Shown here: positions 45,251 through 61,052 of the stretch, in pieces
Position numbering within the stretch: the first letter of the stretch is position 1
Layout of the letters: each line of letters opens with the position of its first letter
Source: Eledone cirrhosa
Taxonomy: Eukaryota
Length of the DNA: 64,000 nucleotides
Assembly: GCA_964016885.1 (NCBI GenBank)
Contig: OZ024761.1
Location: 31,558,001 to 31,622,000 of the forward strand
Direction: 5' to 3'
Translations under genes and position numbers: made by a program
The notes under the pieces: model-generated
What the model was told of the DNA's origin: nothing
The model's database searches: none
Seen by the model: the letters and a program-made list of their open reading frames with translations, nothing else

Positions 45251-45785
45251 TATACAAAAATCGGAATTGAGAGTATTCCGCAGTTCACTGTAATAAAAAT
45301 AATAATAGTATTATTAGCTCAAAGAAGAATAGAGAATTTCTTTCTGAGCTCAAATGCAAGTATATATTACACAAAGAGAAATGTGTTACACAGTGAGAAG
45401 TGTGTAAAGAATTATTACAAGTGTATTTACCGTTACTGTATAGGGAACAATATCTACAGGTTAGCAATTAAATAGAAAAAAACCAGATCAGAATCAAATC
45501 TCTGGATTGGAATTTTAAATCACAAACCTTATAACTATATTTTGCTGATACGAACCTAGCTTCGTTTCACCACTTATGTGTGCGTATATATATACATGTG
45601 TGTGTGTATATATATATATATACGTGTGTGTGTGTATTTGTATATATATATATACCTGCGTGCGTGTGCGTATATATATATATATATATATATAAGTTTT
45701 AATATAGATGAGATTCTACAGGACTAGAACTGTTTCATTCATGTATATATATATATATATATACATACAAATACACACACACACG

Positions 45786-45829
<44 letters not shown>

Positions 45830-45831
45830 TG

Positions 45832-45867
<36 letters not shown>

Positions 45868-45869
45868 CA

Positions 45870-45905
<36 letters not shown>

Positions 45906-46293
45906 CGTGTGTGTGTGTATTTGTATATGTATATATATATATATATATATACCTGCGTGCGTATGTGTATATATATATATAATATATATACATATATATA
46001 CACACACACACACATACATACACACACACTCTGTATATCTATCTACATATCGCACCCCTCTATCTATCATTCACCCGCTCAATTTACCCATCCATTCCAC
46101 TCTCTACATAGCCACTCAAGAAACTACCCCACCCCACCCCACTCACTACCCCTCCCACCCATCTCACCCCCACCCCCACCACCTTACTCTCACTCTATCT
46201 ATTAGTTCAATATATTATCCCCTTGTTTCTATTCTTAACATCTTTTACAGCCAATCATTATCTCAGTTCAAATCAACAGATGTGCTTGATAGA

Positions 46294-46384
<91 letters not shown>

Positions 46385-46413
46385 TTCTCTCTCTCTCCTC
46401 TCTCTCTTTTCTT

Positions 46414-46550
<137 letters not shown>

Positions 46551-46558
46551 CTCTCTTT

Positions 46559-46653
<95 letters not shown>

Positions 46654-46691
46654 TTCCTCTCTCTCTCTTTCTCTCTCCTCTTCTCTCTCTC

Positions 46692-46797
<106 letters not shown>

Positions 46798-47103
46798 CTC
46801 CTCTCTCTCCTCCCTCTCTCTAGATCTGGAGATCAAGACAAACTAATACATGCACACACACACACATCTCAGTTCATATCAACAGATGTACTTGATAGAT
46901 TCTCTCCTCTCCAGATCTGAAGATCTAGATAAACTAATACATGGACACACATAAACACACACACAAAGACACACAAAGACACACAAAGACACACACACAC
47001 ACTTTCTCTCTCACACATATACACACAACACTCACTCTGTAGATGGACTACTACTTATGCATACACATTCTCGTCCCTTCTCTCTTTCTCCTGCTATCAC
47101 CTC

Positions 47104-47152
<49 letters not shown>

Positions 47153-47156
<4 letters not shown>

Positions 47157-47578
47157 ATAATAAAATAACAGGAGGCTGGACTTGTGTAAATCCTTGAAAG
47201 CTTTATTATACTATGATCATTTCAATGACCGGGTTCCGTATGAATCCGGTGATATCATCAGGTATTCAAAATATAATAAATGAATGTAACAGATAAAATC
47301 CATGGGGCTGAAAACCATAGACCCGAGGACGACCGACCGTGTAGCATCTTCCACTTTAGCCAGTCGCCCTCAAGAAAATCATAGACTAGATGGTCGGTCG
47401 TCCTCGGGTCTATGGTTTTCAGCCCCATGGATTTTATCTGTTACATTCATTTATTATATTTCGAATACCTGATGATATCACCGGATTCATACGGAACCCG
47501 GTCATTGAAATGATCATAGTATAATAAACCTTTCAAGGATTTACACAAGTCCAGCCTCCTGTCATTTTATTATAATAA
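47153..47578. mobile_element. Fold-back element (~187-bp arms) with a hammerhead in each arm (47208-47265 -, 47465-47522 +)
   Basis: AUAC-CUGAUGA-..ACCGG..CCGGU..-GAAAUGAUCAUA-GUAU, followed by aataaa. Confidence 0.75.
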
Positions 47579-47994
47579 CTAACTCTGTACTCGTACCACC
47601 AACTACACAAACGAAGGCGGTTGAGCTGCTTTACGTTGAGTACTCTCCATATTATTACATCAAGGAATGACCAACTCTATCCAGTGGTGAACCTTACATT
47701 TGCTATCGAATACTTGCTAACATTATATGATTACGCAAGCAGCGATACATAGGTATTCCGTCTGTTACAGAAACATATGTCAATAGCTAATAAATTCCTT
47801 TTTTAAAAAAAGCACTTTCATTTTATATTCATCCTTTCTACATTTTCTCTGGAATATAATTTATACTCGTTGAGCAAACCTGCACGTACGCTGTTCATCT
47901 CTAACGTAACGATATATTATCACTACATTATTGATAACCTGAAATTTTATATATATATATATATATACGGATTAACAAATAATAGTTAAATGCA

Positions 47995-48830
<836 letters not shown>

Positions 48831-49239
48831 TCTGTCCCGGGCCCGGATGCTCATCAGACTGGTTCTTATCCTGGTTTTCGTCGCATTAAGCGACTGAGAG
48901 TACCAGACTTACCCGCTGGACAGGACACCAGTCCATCGCAGAGTTAACCCTGTGATGGACTGACGTCCTGTCCAGGAGTTAGTATTTTACCCTCAGTCGT
49001 TTCTCTCTATGAAACCGGGATAAACACCGTCCCAATGAACCTTCTTCCTTAAGACAGACTTAGTAATAACTGCTTACTACTAAGCCACGCGCCCCTACGA
49101 GCTAATATTTGCTACAACTACATACAGTTAATAAGAGTTTGTGTAGATAAATAATTTCCAATATTTTCTGACTTAAGAGCCAACAACTTCAAACCTATTT
49201 TACCAGTTACTATGTTATCGTGTTATATGATAGCTGTAT

Positions 49240-50383
49240 GGCGGTGGATTGGCAGTATCGGTAGAGGGTCGGACGCCATGCTTTCCAGCATAGTTACGTC
49301 CCTTTACGATCTGAGTTCAAATCCCGCCGAGGTTGACTTTGCCTTTCATCCTTACGGGGTCGATAAAATAAAGTACCAGTAATGCACTGGGTAAATGCTG
49401 GCCTTGTGCCTAAAGTAGAAACAATTATGAGGGCGGTAGATTGGCAGTATCGGTAGAGGGTCGGACGCCATGCTTTCCAGCATAGTTACGTCCCTTTACG
49501 ATCTGAGTTCAAATCCCGCCGAGGTTGACTTTGCCTTTCATCCTTACGGGGTCGATAAAATAAAGTACCAGTAATGCACTGGGTAAATGCTGGCCTTGTG
49601 CCTAAAGTAGAAACAATTATGAGGGCGGTAGATTGGCAGTATCGGTAGAGGGTCGGACGCCATGCTTTCCAGCATAGTTACGTCCCTTTACGATCTGAGT
49701 TCAAATCCCGCCGAGGTTGACTTTGCCTTTCATCCTTACGGGGTCGATAAAATAAAGTACCAGTAATGCACTGGGTAAATGCTGGCCTTGTGCCTAAAGT
49801 AGAAACAATTATGAGGGCGGTAGATTGGCAGTATCGGTAGAGGGTCGGACGCCATGCTTTCCAGCATAGTTACGTCCCTTTACGATCTGAGTTCAAATCC
49901 CGCCGAGGTTGACTTTGCCTTTCATCCTTACGGGGTCGATAAAATAAAGTACCAGTAATGCACTGGGTAAATGCTGGCCTTGTGCCTAAAGTAGAAACAA
50001 TTATGAGGGCGGTAGATTGGCAGTATCGGTAGAGGGTCGGACGCCATGCTTTCCAGCATAGTTACGTCCCTTTACGATCTGAGTTCAAATCCCGCCGAGG
50101 TTGACTTTGCCTTTCATCCTTACGGGGTCGATAAAATAAAGTACCAGTAATGCACTGGGTAAATGCTGGCCTTGTGCCTAAAGTAGAAACAATTATGAGG
50201 GCGGTAGATTGGCAGTATCGGTAGAGGGTCGGACGCCATGCTTTCCAGCATAGTTACGTCCCTTTACGATCTGAGTTCAAATCCCGCCGAGGTTGACTTT
50301 GCCTTTCATCCTTACGGGGTCGATAAAATAAAGTACCAGTAAGGCACTGGGTATTTTCTGGCCTTGTGCCTAAAGTAGAAACA
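49240..50383 (+). mobile_element. Head-to-tail array of six full OK-like SINEs (192-bp period)
   Basis: Unit starts at 49240, 49432, 49624, 49816, 50008 and 50200. The inner units appear identical. Confidence 0.95.
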
Positions 50384-50609
50384 GATATATGATAGGTGTG
50401 TTGTGACGGCTGTGTATTCTCTAGAGACGTGCACTGTCTGTATTTTTATGGTTATTGATGTTAAATGAAATGAACTCATACGTTTATTGTGTTCACATTA
50501 ACGACTAATTAGATGGTAAAGAAGACGAATACCGAAAACCGACAATTACTGTTATGTTCTGTGTTGGTGTGTATTCTACAATAGAGTGTACTTATGTGTA
50601 GATATCTAC

Positions 50610-50657
<48 letters not shown>

Positions 50658-50765
50658 TGCATACACACATACACACACATATATATATACTAAATATAAA
50701 ACAATCAAATTATATCATATATATATATATATAAATGCATATATATATAAACACACATACATGCA

Positions 50766-50818
<53 letters not shown>

Positions 50819-50854
50819 GCATATATATATACACACACATACATACATGAATAT

Positions 50855-50889
<35 letters not shown>

Positions 50890-51031
50890 CACATACATAC
50901 ATGAAAAAAAATATATATATATATACACACATACATACATGAAATATATATATATATTATATATATATATATACACATACATACATGAAATATATATATA
51001 TATATTATATATATATATATATACATATATA

Positions 51032-51131
51032 CAGGGTGTCCCCAAAAATGTATTCACACTACAACAGCAGTCTAATAAATATTGCCTGTTTAGGTAATCA
51101 AAGTATGTATACATTTTGGGGGGACACCCTG
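51032..51131. mobile_element. Tc1/mariner-type MITE, 100 bp
   Basis: TIRs cagggtgtccccaaaa / ttttggggggacaccctg, with TA on both sides. Confidence 0.8.
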
Positions 51132-51145
51132 TATATATATATGTA

Positions 51146-51220
<75 letters not shown>

Positions 51221-51376
51221 TGGATTCAATAGGGGCCAACCACACTAAGTAATGTACTCAATACATTAGTAGAGTATATACAAAATTTAATATAGAAATG
51301 GCTTCTACATGACTAGAACTGTTTCATTCGAAGGAAATCATCAGGACTTACTCGATGATTTCCTTCGAATGAAACA

Positions 51377-51413
<37 letters not shown>

Positions 51414-52969
51414 GTGTATATGTGTTAGTGTATATATGTATAATAGCATGTTGTATTTTATATAGTACTATGTGATATTTGCTATATTACTGTGTTATAT
51501 TACATTTCATAATAATTCCATGTGATATTTGCAATATTATAGTACCATATTGTATTTGAAATAATTGTTTCTACTTTTGGCACAAGGCCAGCAATTACCC
51601 AGTGTATTATTGAATATTTGAATATATTTGAAATAATACCGTGTGTTATTTGATATAATTACCCAGTGTATTATTGAATATTTGAATATATTTGAAATAA
51701 TACCGTGTGTTATTTGATATAATTACCCAGTGTATTATTGAATATTTGATATATTTGAAATAATACCGTGTGTTATTTGATATAGTACCATCCTATATTT
51801 GATACAGAAGCATGTGGTATTTGATAGTTTAAATACCACCATATTACATTACATAATAACACCAAGTGGGGTTTTTTTTGTTGCTATATAGCAGGGTGGT
51901 ATATTTGATATAGTACCATGTGATATTTGATATACTACCGTGTAGTATTTGATATTCTATACATCACCATATAACATTTCATAATACTACCATGTGATAT
52001 TTGTTATAGTAGCGCATTGCATTCAATATAGTGCCGTGTACTATTTGATATAGAGTCATGAAATATTCGATATAATACTGTATTGTATTCTATAAAGTAC
52101 TGTATACTATTTTATATAGAGTTATAAAATATTAGATATAATACTGTGTTGTATTCTATATAGTCTTGTGTACTATTTGATATAGAGTTATGAAATATTC
52201 GATATAATACCGTGTTGTATTCTATATAGTGCCGTGTACTATTTGATATAGAGTTATGAAATATTCGATATAATACCGTGTTGTACTGTGTACTATTTGA
52301 TATAATGTGTTTTATCTGATAAAGTATTATCGAATATTTGATACAGGTTTGTTTCATATTTGATACAAAGTCGTTGGGAATTTGATATAGAGCTGTGAAA
52401 TAATTGTTTCTACTTTAGGCACAAGGCCAGCAATTATCCCAGTACATTACTGGTACTTTATTTTATCGACCCCGTAAGGATGAAAGGCAAAGTTAATCTC
52501 GGCGGGATTTGAACTCAGAGCTGTGAAATAATGTTATACAGAGTTGTTGGGTATTTGATAAAGCGCAGCAAACTATCCAATATAGTTCCATATGTTATTT
52601 GATAAACTGGCGTGTGATATTTAGTACGATACTATATTTACCATAGTACTATGTGGTGTTTGATATCCAATCTAGCGTTTGATATCCAATCTAGCACAGT
52701 ACTATATTTATCATAGTACTGTGTGATGTTTGATATCCAATCTAGTACGGTACTATATTTACCATAGTACCATGTGATGTGTGATATCCAATCTAGTAAC
52801 ATACTATATTTATCATAATACTGTGTGATGTGTGATATATCTTATATAAACCAGTTTACTGTCAAGCAACACAGCCTGACTTTCATTTTTGTCACACCAC
52901 ATGCTAGAAATAATAGCCATCTCTCTCAAATAACAATCCCACCAGATTTAAAACGGCAGGACATATTAA

Positions 52970-53179
52970 CTCTTTAGCATGTACATTACTCTATATATAG
53001 TATTATATTTTCACAGTAAACATAATATCTCACATAATATCTCACATAATATCGAATCTATGAGATTTTGATAGTATTTATTTTGAGAACAATACCTTAA
53101 CATCAGTATGAGTGGCAGGTTTGAACAGAAAGAGGTGAGAGTATTCTGGCCAGATACGGCTGGTTTAAGTGCTAAAGGA
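52970..53179. mobile_element. TTAA-targeting (piggyBac-like) MITE
   Basis: TTAA|ctctttagca ... tgctaaagga|TTAA. Confidence 0.7.
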
Positions 53180-53829
53180 TTAAACAATGTAATATTAGAC
53201 ACGCCAATACCACCACCACTAAAACATTGCCTAACTTCCATCTTTGTCACACCACATGCTAGAAATAATAGCCAACTGTCCCTCAAATAACACTTCTACC
53301 AAATTTAAAATGGAAGGTCATCTTAAACAATGAAATATTAGAAACCCCACCATCTCTAAAACCTTGCCGAACCTCCATCTTTGTCACACCACATGCTAGA
53401 AATAATAGCCACCTGTCCCTCAAATAACACCTCTACCAAATTTAAAATGGAAGGTCATCTTAAACAATGAAATATTAGAAACACCACCATCTCTAAAACC
53501 TTGCCTAACCTCCATCTTTGTCACACCACATGCTAGAAATAATAGCCACCTGTCCCTCAAATAACACTCCCAACACTTTTAAAACAGAAAGACATATTAA
53601 TATAATATTAGATACACCACCGCCACCACTAAAACTCTGCTATGGTCATAAGGAGAGGATCTCTCTGCTCGTTTAGGGATGTCCTAGGGCTAAACAACTA
53701 CAGTCAACCATTCTTGACCTACATATCACGTGCATGACCTAGTTTTTATTAAACTTTCACCGTTTATTCAAGCTGATCCGTTAGAAACAGGAAATATTAC
53801 AATATTACATAGATGAGAATGTTTGTATA

Positions 53830-56760
53830 TGTCTGGTGTGTACCAGCAGAACTGTGTGGTGTGGTGTGGTGTGGTGTGGTGTGGTGTGGTGTGGTGTTGT
53901 GGTGTGTGGTGTGGTGTAGTATGGTGTGGTGTGGTGTTGTGTGGTGTAGTGTGGTGTAGTATGGTGTGGTGTGGTGTTGTGTGGTGTAGTGTGGTGTAGT
54001 ATGGTGTGGTGTGGTGTTGTGTGGTGTGGTGAGGTGTTGTATGGTGTTGTGTGGTGTGGTGTGGTGTTGTGTGGTGTGGTGTGGTGGTGTGTGGTGTGGT
54101 GTTGTATGGTGTCTCCAGCAGAACTGTGTGGTGTTGTATGGTGTGGTGTTGTGTTGTGTGGTGTTGTATGGTGTGTACCAGCAGAATTGTGTGGTGTTGT
54201 GTGGGTGGTGTGGTGTTGTATGGTGTGGTGTTGTATGGTGTGGTGTGGTGTTGTATGGTGTAGTGTTGTGGTGTGGTGTTGTATGGTGTGGTGTTGTATG
54301 GTGTGGTGTGGTGTTGTATGGTGTAGTGTTGTGTGGTGTGGTGTTGTATGGTGTCTCCAGCAGAACTGTGTGGTGTGGTGTTGTATGGTTTGGTGTGGTG
54401 TGGTGTTGTGTGTTGTTGTATGGTGTGGTGTGGTGTTGTGTGGTGTTGTATGATGTGTACCAGCAGAACTGTGTGGTGTGGTGTTGTGTGGTGTGGTGTG
54501 GTATAGTGAGGTGTAGTGTAGTGTTGTATGGTGTAGTGTAGTGTGGTGCAGTGTGGTGTTGTGTATGTCTGGTGTGTACAACCAGAACGGTGTGATATGG
54601 TGTAGTGTTATGTGTATGGTGTGGTGTTGTATGGCGTGGTGTGGTGTAGTGTAATGTGATACAATGTTGTGCAGTTCGGTGTAGTGTAGTGCAGTGTAAT
54701 GTGATGCAACTAGTCAGTTTGTGCGTGGTATAGTGTTGTGAGTGTAGTGTGATGCAATGTAGTGCAGTTTGTGAGGTATAGTGTAGTGATGCAGTGTACT
54801 GTGATGTAATATAGTACAATTTGGTGTGATGCAATATAGTGCAGTTTGGTTTAATGCAATGTTGTGCAGTTTGGTGTGGTATTGTGTAGTGATGCAGTGT
54901 ACTGTAGTGCAATATACTGCAGTTTGATGTGATGCAATATAGTGCAGTTTGGTGTAATACAATGTAATGTAGTTTTTTGTGATGCAATGTTATGCAGTTT
55001 GTTGTCGTGCATTTTTATGCAATTTAGTGTGGTATCGTGTAGTGTGATGCAGTGTACTGTGATGTAATATAGTGCAGTTTGGTGTAATGCAATGTTATAC
55101 AGTTTGATGTGGTATAGTGTAGTATGATGCAGTGTACTGTGATGTAAAATAATGTAGTTTGGTGTGATGTAATATAGTGCAGTTTGGTGTGGTACAATAT
55201 AGTGCAGTTTGGTATGATGCATTGTAGTGCAGTTTGGTGTAATGCAATGCAATGTTATGTAGTTCGGTGTGGAATAGTGTAGTGTGATGCAGTGTATTGT
55301 GATGTAATATAGTGCAGTTTGTTGTGGTGCATTGTAGTGCAGTTTGGTGTGATGCAACATCTATTCTGTTGCTGTTGTTGCAGCTGCTACTTCAAAAGTT
55401 GCAGCTGCTACTGCTACTGCAGACATCGCTACTTGGTACATTTCGACTGCTATATATGGACTGGCCTGGTGCTGGATCTGTCTGTTGGAATGGCAGATGA
55501 TGATGATGGTGATGATGGTGGTGGTGGTGAGGAAAGGGTGATGGCGGTGATGATGGTGGTGGTGGTGGCGATGGTGGTAATGATGGTGATGAGGAGGAAA
55601 GGGTGGTGATGGTGGTGATGGTGGTGGTGATGGTGATGATGGTGGGGGAAAGGGTGATGGCGGTGGTGCTGGTTGTGGTGGAGATGAGGATGGTGGCGTG
55701 GAGGGGTAAAAATAAGCGTGACGATGGTGGTGATGGTGGTGATGTTGATGGTGGTGATGATGAGGATGGTGAGGATGATGGTGGTGGTGGTGGTAGTGGT
55801 GATGGTAGTGATGGTGGTGATGATGAGGGTGGTGAGGAGAAGTAGGGGTGGAAGAGGGGGAAGATAAACATAACAGTAACAATGATAGTGATGATGATGA
55901 TGTTAAGGAGGAAGGTGGTTACAGATAAGTGTAACGATGGTGGTGGTGGTGGTGGTGGCAGTGATGGTAGTGGTGGTGGTGGTTGTGGTGCTGCTGGTGA
56001 TGATGATGGTGGTGGTGGTGGTAGTGATGATGGTGGTGGTGATGGTGGTGGTGGTGGTGGTGGTAGTAGTGATGGTGGTGGTGGTGGTGGTGGTAGTGAT
56101 GGTAGTGATGGTAGTGATGGTGGTGGTGGTGGTAATGGTGGTGGTGGTGGTAGTGATGGTAGTGATGGTGGTGGTGGTGGTGGTGGTAGTGATGGTAGTG
56201 ATGGTGGTGGTGGTGGTAGTGATGGTAGTGGTGGTGGTGAAGATGGTGGTGATGGTAAGGAAGATAATGGTGATGGTGGTGTTGAAAGTGGTGGTGTTGA
56301 TGGTGGTGGTGGTGTTGATGGTGGTGTTGGTGGTGGTGGTGTTGATGGTGATGGTGTTGATGGTGGTGGTGGTGTTGATGGTGTTGATGGAGGTGGTGGT
56401 GGTGATGGTGTTGATGGTGGGGGTGTTGGTGGTGTTGGTGGTGGTGGTGATGGTGGTGGTGGTGGCGTTGATGGTGGTGGTGGTGATGTTGGTGGTGATG
56501 GTGGTGGTGTTGATGGTGGTGGTTGATGGTGATGGTGATGGTGGTGGTGTTGATGGTGGTGATGGTGGTGGTGATGGTGGTGGTGTTGGTGGTGATGGTG
56601 ATGGTGTTGATGGTGGTGGTTGATGTTGATGGTGGAGGTGGTGGTGTTGAAAGTGGTGGTGGTGGTGGTGATGAGGAGGTGGAGGAAGAGGAGGAGAATG
56701 TAAAGTAATGAAGAAATAGTAGCAAAGATCATGATGGTGTTGATAAAAGTGATGGTGATG
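53830..56760. repeat. GT-rich pentanucleotide arrays (53830-55360) and (GGT/GAT)n (55495-56760)
   Basis: Simple repeats with no splice signals or domain similarity. Confidence 0.9.
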
Positions 56761-56983
56761 ATATATACGCACGTGATGTGTATACACGTGTATATATATC
56801 ATATATATATGTGTATATATTTATATATATATATATATGTGTGTGTGTATGTGTGTGTGTATTCCGGGTTCAATCAGGGGTAACCACAGTGAGGAAGGTA
56901 CTCAATATATAGTACAGTATTTACATCAGGGTTTCCTGATGATTTCCTTCGAATGAAACTGTTCTAGTCCTGTAGAATCCATT

Positions 56984-57028
<45 letters not shown>

Positions 57029-57315
57029 GTATGTATATGTATATATATATATATATATATATACGTATGTATATGTGTGTGTGTATGTGTGTATGTATGT
57101 GTATATTTATATATATATATAAATACGTATGTGTGTGTGTGTGTGTGTATGTATGTGTGTGTGTGTGTATATACATATATATATATAAATACATATGGAT
57201 ATGTGTGTATGTGTGTGTATGTATGTGTGTATGTATGTATGTGTGTATATATGTATGTGTATATATATATATATATATATAAATACGTATGTATGTGTGT
57301 GTGTGTGTATGTATG

Positions 57316-57355
<40 letters not shown>

Positions 57356-57436
57356 CGTATGTATATGTGTGTGTGTATGTATGTATGTATATATATATAT
57401 ATACATACATCCCCTACTCACCAAGCGTGAGGCTAA

Positions 57437-57620
57437 TAACTGTTTCTACTTTAGGCACAAGGCCAGCAATTACCCAGTGCATTACTGGTACTTTATTTGA
57501 TCGACCCCGTAAGGATGAAAGGCAAAGTCAACCTCGGCGGGATTTGAACTCACATCGTAAAGGGACGTAACTATGCTGGAAAGCATGGTGTCCGACCCTC
57601 TACCGAATCTTGCAATCCAC
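57437..57620 (-). mobile_element. OK-like SINE (further partial copies at 52400-52520, 57903-57995 and 62420-62578)
   Basis: Match to the 192-bp unit. Confidence 0.85.
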
Positions 57621-58573
57621 AACACTATGTACTATTGACTCCTGCGTTTGTAATTTGTTTGTCATTTTGAACTATATATATGTATATATGTGAATATATG
57701 TGTATATATGTGTATATATGTGTATATATGTGTGTGTAGAGAGAGAGACTTATGTCGTCTTCATCATTATTTATAGAGGAATAATTTGTGTTAATTGCAA
57801 GCATCCTGACCAAGCGAGTGTCCTCACTTGGTCAGTTAATACTCGCGGGAGAGACATGAAGTCACCACATCACATTATTTCTATAGTCTTAAGTTAACAT
57901 ATTTGTTTCTACTTTAGGCACAAGGCCAGCAAATATCCAGTTCATTACTTGTACTTTATTTTATCGACCCCGTAAGGATGAAAGGCAAAGTCAACAACAT
58001 ATTGATCACTCATTGGTCTTCATGTTGAAAGTAAACAGGAACGAGTATTTATTAAGTTCGTTTCGCAATCATGGGGTCCCCTGGTTCGATATCAGGGCCG
58101 GCTACCATTTATAACACCTGGGTGAGCAACACAACCGCCACTGCCAAGTATCTCGTATGAGGGTCGGCTACGTTACATAGCCCTTGTTTGGCCAACACAA
58201 GCCATCACTGCGTGGTGTTTTGTGTGAGGACCAGTTAACATGCATAGCCCCTGGCTAGCGTAACACAAGCCTTGTGTATTCGAAATGTTGCGCATTAGGT
58301 GACCCGGGGCCCCCAAGGTATAAATCCAATCCTATATTGTTGGTTGGGTCCTTGAGCAAAATGCTTAATTTTGCATTGCTTTTTAGGATAGGACTAGGGA
58401 TCATTAAATCGCCAAAGAAGCCACCTATGAGATAAAACCCAGTTGGGAACTATATATATAGGAAAAATTCGGGACCCCGACGGCTGAGCTCCTGCCATTT
58501 TAACAGCTAGATGCTACCCCAAGTATTGAGTACTCTGGTGAGTAATGTTCTAACTAGTTTTTACCTCCTCCAT

Positions 58574-58624
<51 letters not shown>

Positions 58625-58627
<3 letters not shown>

Positions 58628-58762
58628 TAATTGAATATAAAAGAGAGATAAACACAGACATATACATATATGTGTTCAAATCGTAAGGGACCAGATTTTA
58701 CTACGATTTGAACACATATGTATATATCTGCGTTTATCTCTCTTTTGAATTCAATTATATTA
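58625..58762. repeat. Inverted repeat (~60-bp arms) in a (TA)n-bounded island
   Basis: ataattgaa...gttcaaatcgta versus tacgatttgaac...ttcaattat. Confidence 0.75.
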
Positions 58763-58841
58763 CACGACTCGGAAAAATCTCTTTCCTTGAGCTATTTAAT
58801 TGTAAGAGACTATTTTGAGTTTCTAACTTAATATATACCTT

Positions 58842-58900
<59 letters not shown>

Positions 58901-59006
58901 AACGAATAGGACCCCGACGGCTGAGCTCAAGCCGTTTCGACGGCTAATTCTGGACTAAATTAGCCATCGAAACGGCTTGAGCTCAGCTGTCGGGGTCTTA
59001 CTGGTT

Positions 59007-59054
<48 letters not shown>

Positions 59055-59104
59055 ATATATATATATTTCTTTATATATATATATATTATATATATATATA
59101 TATA

Positions 59105-59604
59105 TATAAAATATTAAACAAATAATGAATAAACAATGAGACAGTTCCTTATATTAAACAAAAAAAGTTCATTATTTAACGATCGTTTCTAGGATATATA
59201 TGTGTTAGAATTGGCATGCATATTCAACAGATCTATGTACAAAATTATACAAAATTATACAAACTATCAAGATTAAATATACATACCAACACATATATAC
59301 GCCGTCTTCAGAAGACGGCGTATATATGTGTTGGTATGTATAAATTATACAAACTATCAAGATTAAATATACATACCAACACATATATACGCCGTCTTCT
59401 GAAGACGGCGTATATATGTGTTGGTATGTATATTTAATCTTGATAGTTTGTATAATTTTGTATAATTTTGTACATAGATCTGTTGAATATGCATGCCAAT
59501 TCTAACACATATATATCCTAGAAACGATCGTTAAATAATGAACTTTTTTTGTTTAATATAAGGAACTGTCTCATTGTTTATTCATTATTTGTTTAATATT
59601 TTAT
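59105..59604. mobile_element. Perfect ~204-bp-arm palindrome with a duplicated apex; decayed hammerhead (CUGUUGA...GAAACGAUCGUU) in the arms
   Basis: Apexes gccgtcttc-A-gaagacggc (59310) and gccgtcttc-T-gaagacggc (59400). Confidence 0.85.
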
Positions 59605-59738
59605 CTTGACTCTGTATACCGTTTATCTTTCACCGAAAGTGATTTTTCATTACATCTCTTCTTTCCATGATATCCGGAATACATTGAGTTCTTCATACGG
59701 ATTGGACACTACCGTAAACTCTTGGTAGATTTATCTAC

Positions 59739-59772
<34 letters not shown>

Positions 59773-59884
59773 AATATATATATATAGAAGTGGTTACACA
59801 ACAGTTAGTTCACCATACCGAGAACAATTGTTTCACCTCAGCTGAGTGCTCTACCACTACGGATATTACCTTCCAGTGTTCTAC

Positions 59885-59930
<46 letters not shown>

Positions 59931-60063
59931 AAAAACAGATGAAAACGAAAATGCAACTGGAGTCTTTTTTTTTTAAATATATATTTGTTCGGTTCCTTTA
60001 CCGGTTTCGCAGTTCTTGTGTTTTTCAAAAGTAGAATTGAGATGGAGGGTTTGTGGTTTTTCT

Positions 60064-60130
<67 letters not shown>

Positions 60131-60311
60131 CGCGAATTACCATGGGATTTGCACCTGGAAAGTCTCCCTCCGAGGCACAAGTCCGGGCAAGGTGTGTTTG
60201 TGGAAGACCAGCAGCAAACCTATGCATACCAGTCTCCCCTCTCCACACCACTGATGTTGTCCAATGGAGAGACAAAGGCCGATACAGCTTGGCGCCGCGG
60301 TCGGGACTTTA

Positions 60312-60429
<118 letters not shown>

Positions 60430-60796
60430 CAAAGTGTTAACACGATCAGATGTTAGTTTAAAACATTTATTAGCTGACAATTGTTTCTTCCAGAGGGAAG
60501 TCTGGAATCATCGGAGCATAAGGAATGTCGAAAGGTATAACTAGAATCCTAGTCATTTAGAACATTTAGGGTACATAATTGTTATCAGTGTCAAAGGCAT
60601 CATGTGGGGAGTCAGGAGTTAAAAAGATGTTCCGCTTGAAATAACACAATTACAGGCAGCATAGGTATAAGTAAAAGTAAAAATCAGAAGCAAAAAAACA
60701 GAAGCAAAGAAGTCATAAGCAAGGACGATTGGTGTACAATGCAGGAGTCAATACAGTCAATAAGGCATGTATGAGGAAAGAGTTATATATATACAG

Positions 60797-60827
<31 letters not shown>

Positions 60828-61052
60828 ATGTGTGTATGTATGTATGTTATAGCTTCTGTCGCTCAGAGAGTGGGATTGGCTCAGTGCACAGTCTTGCCTC
60901 ACTTTAAAAAATATCTTCACGCACAAGCATTGCACGATAGAATTAATTAATTATTAATAATGGTATATCGTGCAATGGCCATACACGATAGCGAGGGGCC
61001 AGCCATCATCATGTATGTATGTATGTATGTATGTATGTATGTATGTATGTAT

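Noticed and set aside
49240-49335. tRNA gene
   Set aside because: It is a tRNA-like SINE head that continues into a conserved SINE body repeated many times in the window.
55384-55500. Candidate downstream Hv exon after a ttgcag acceptor
   Set aside because: The translation has no S3/S4 similarity and is embedded in simple repeats.
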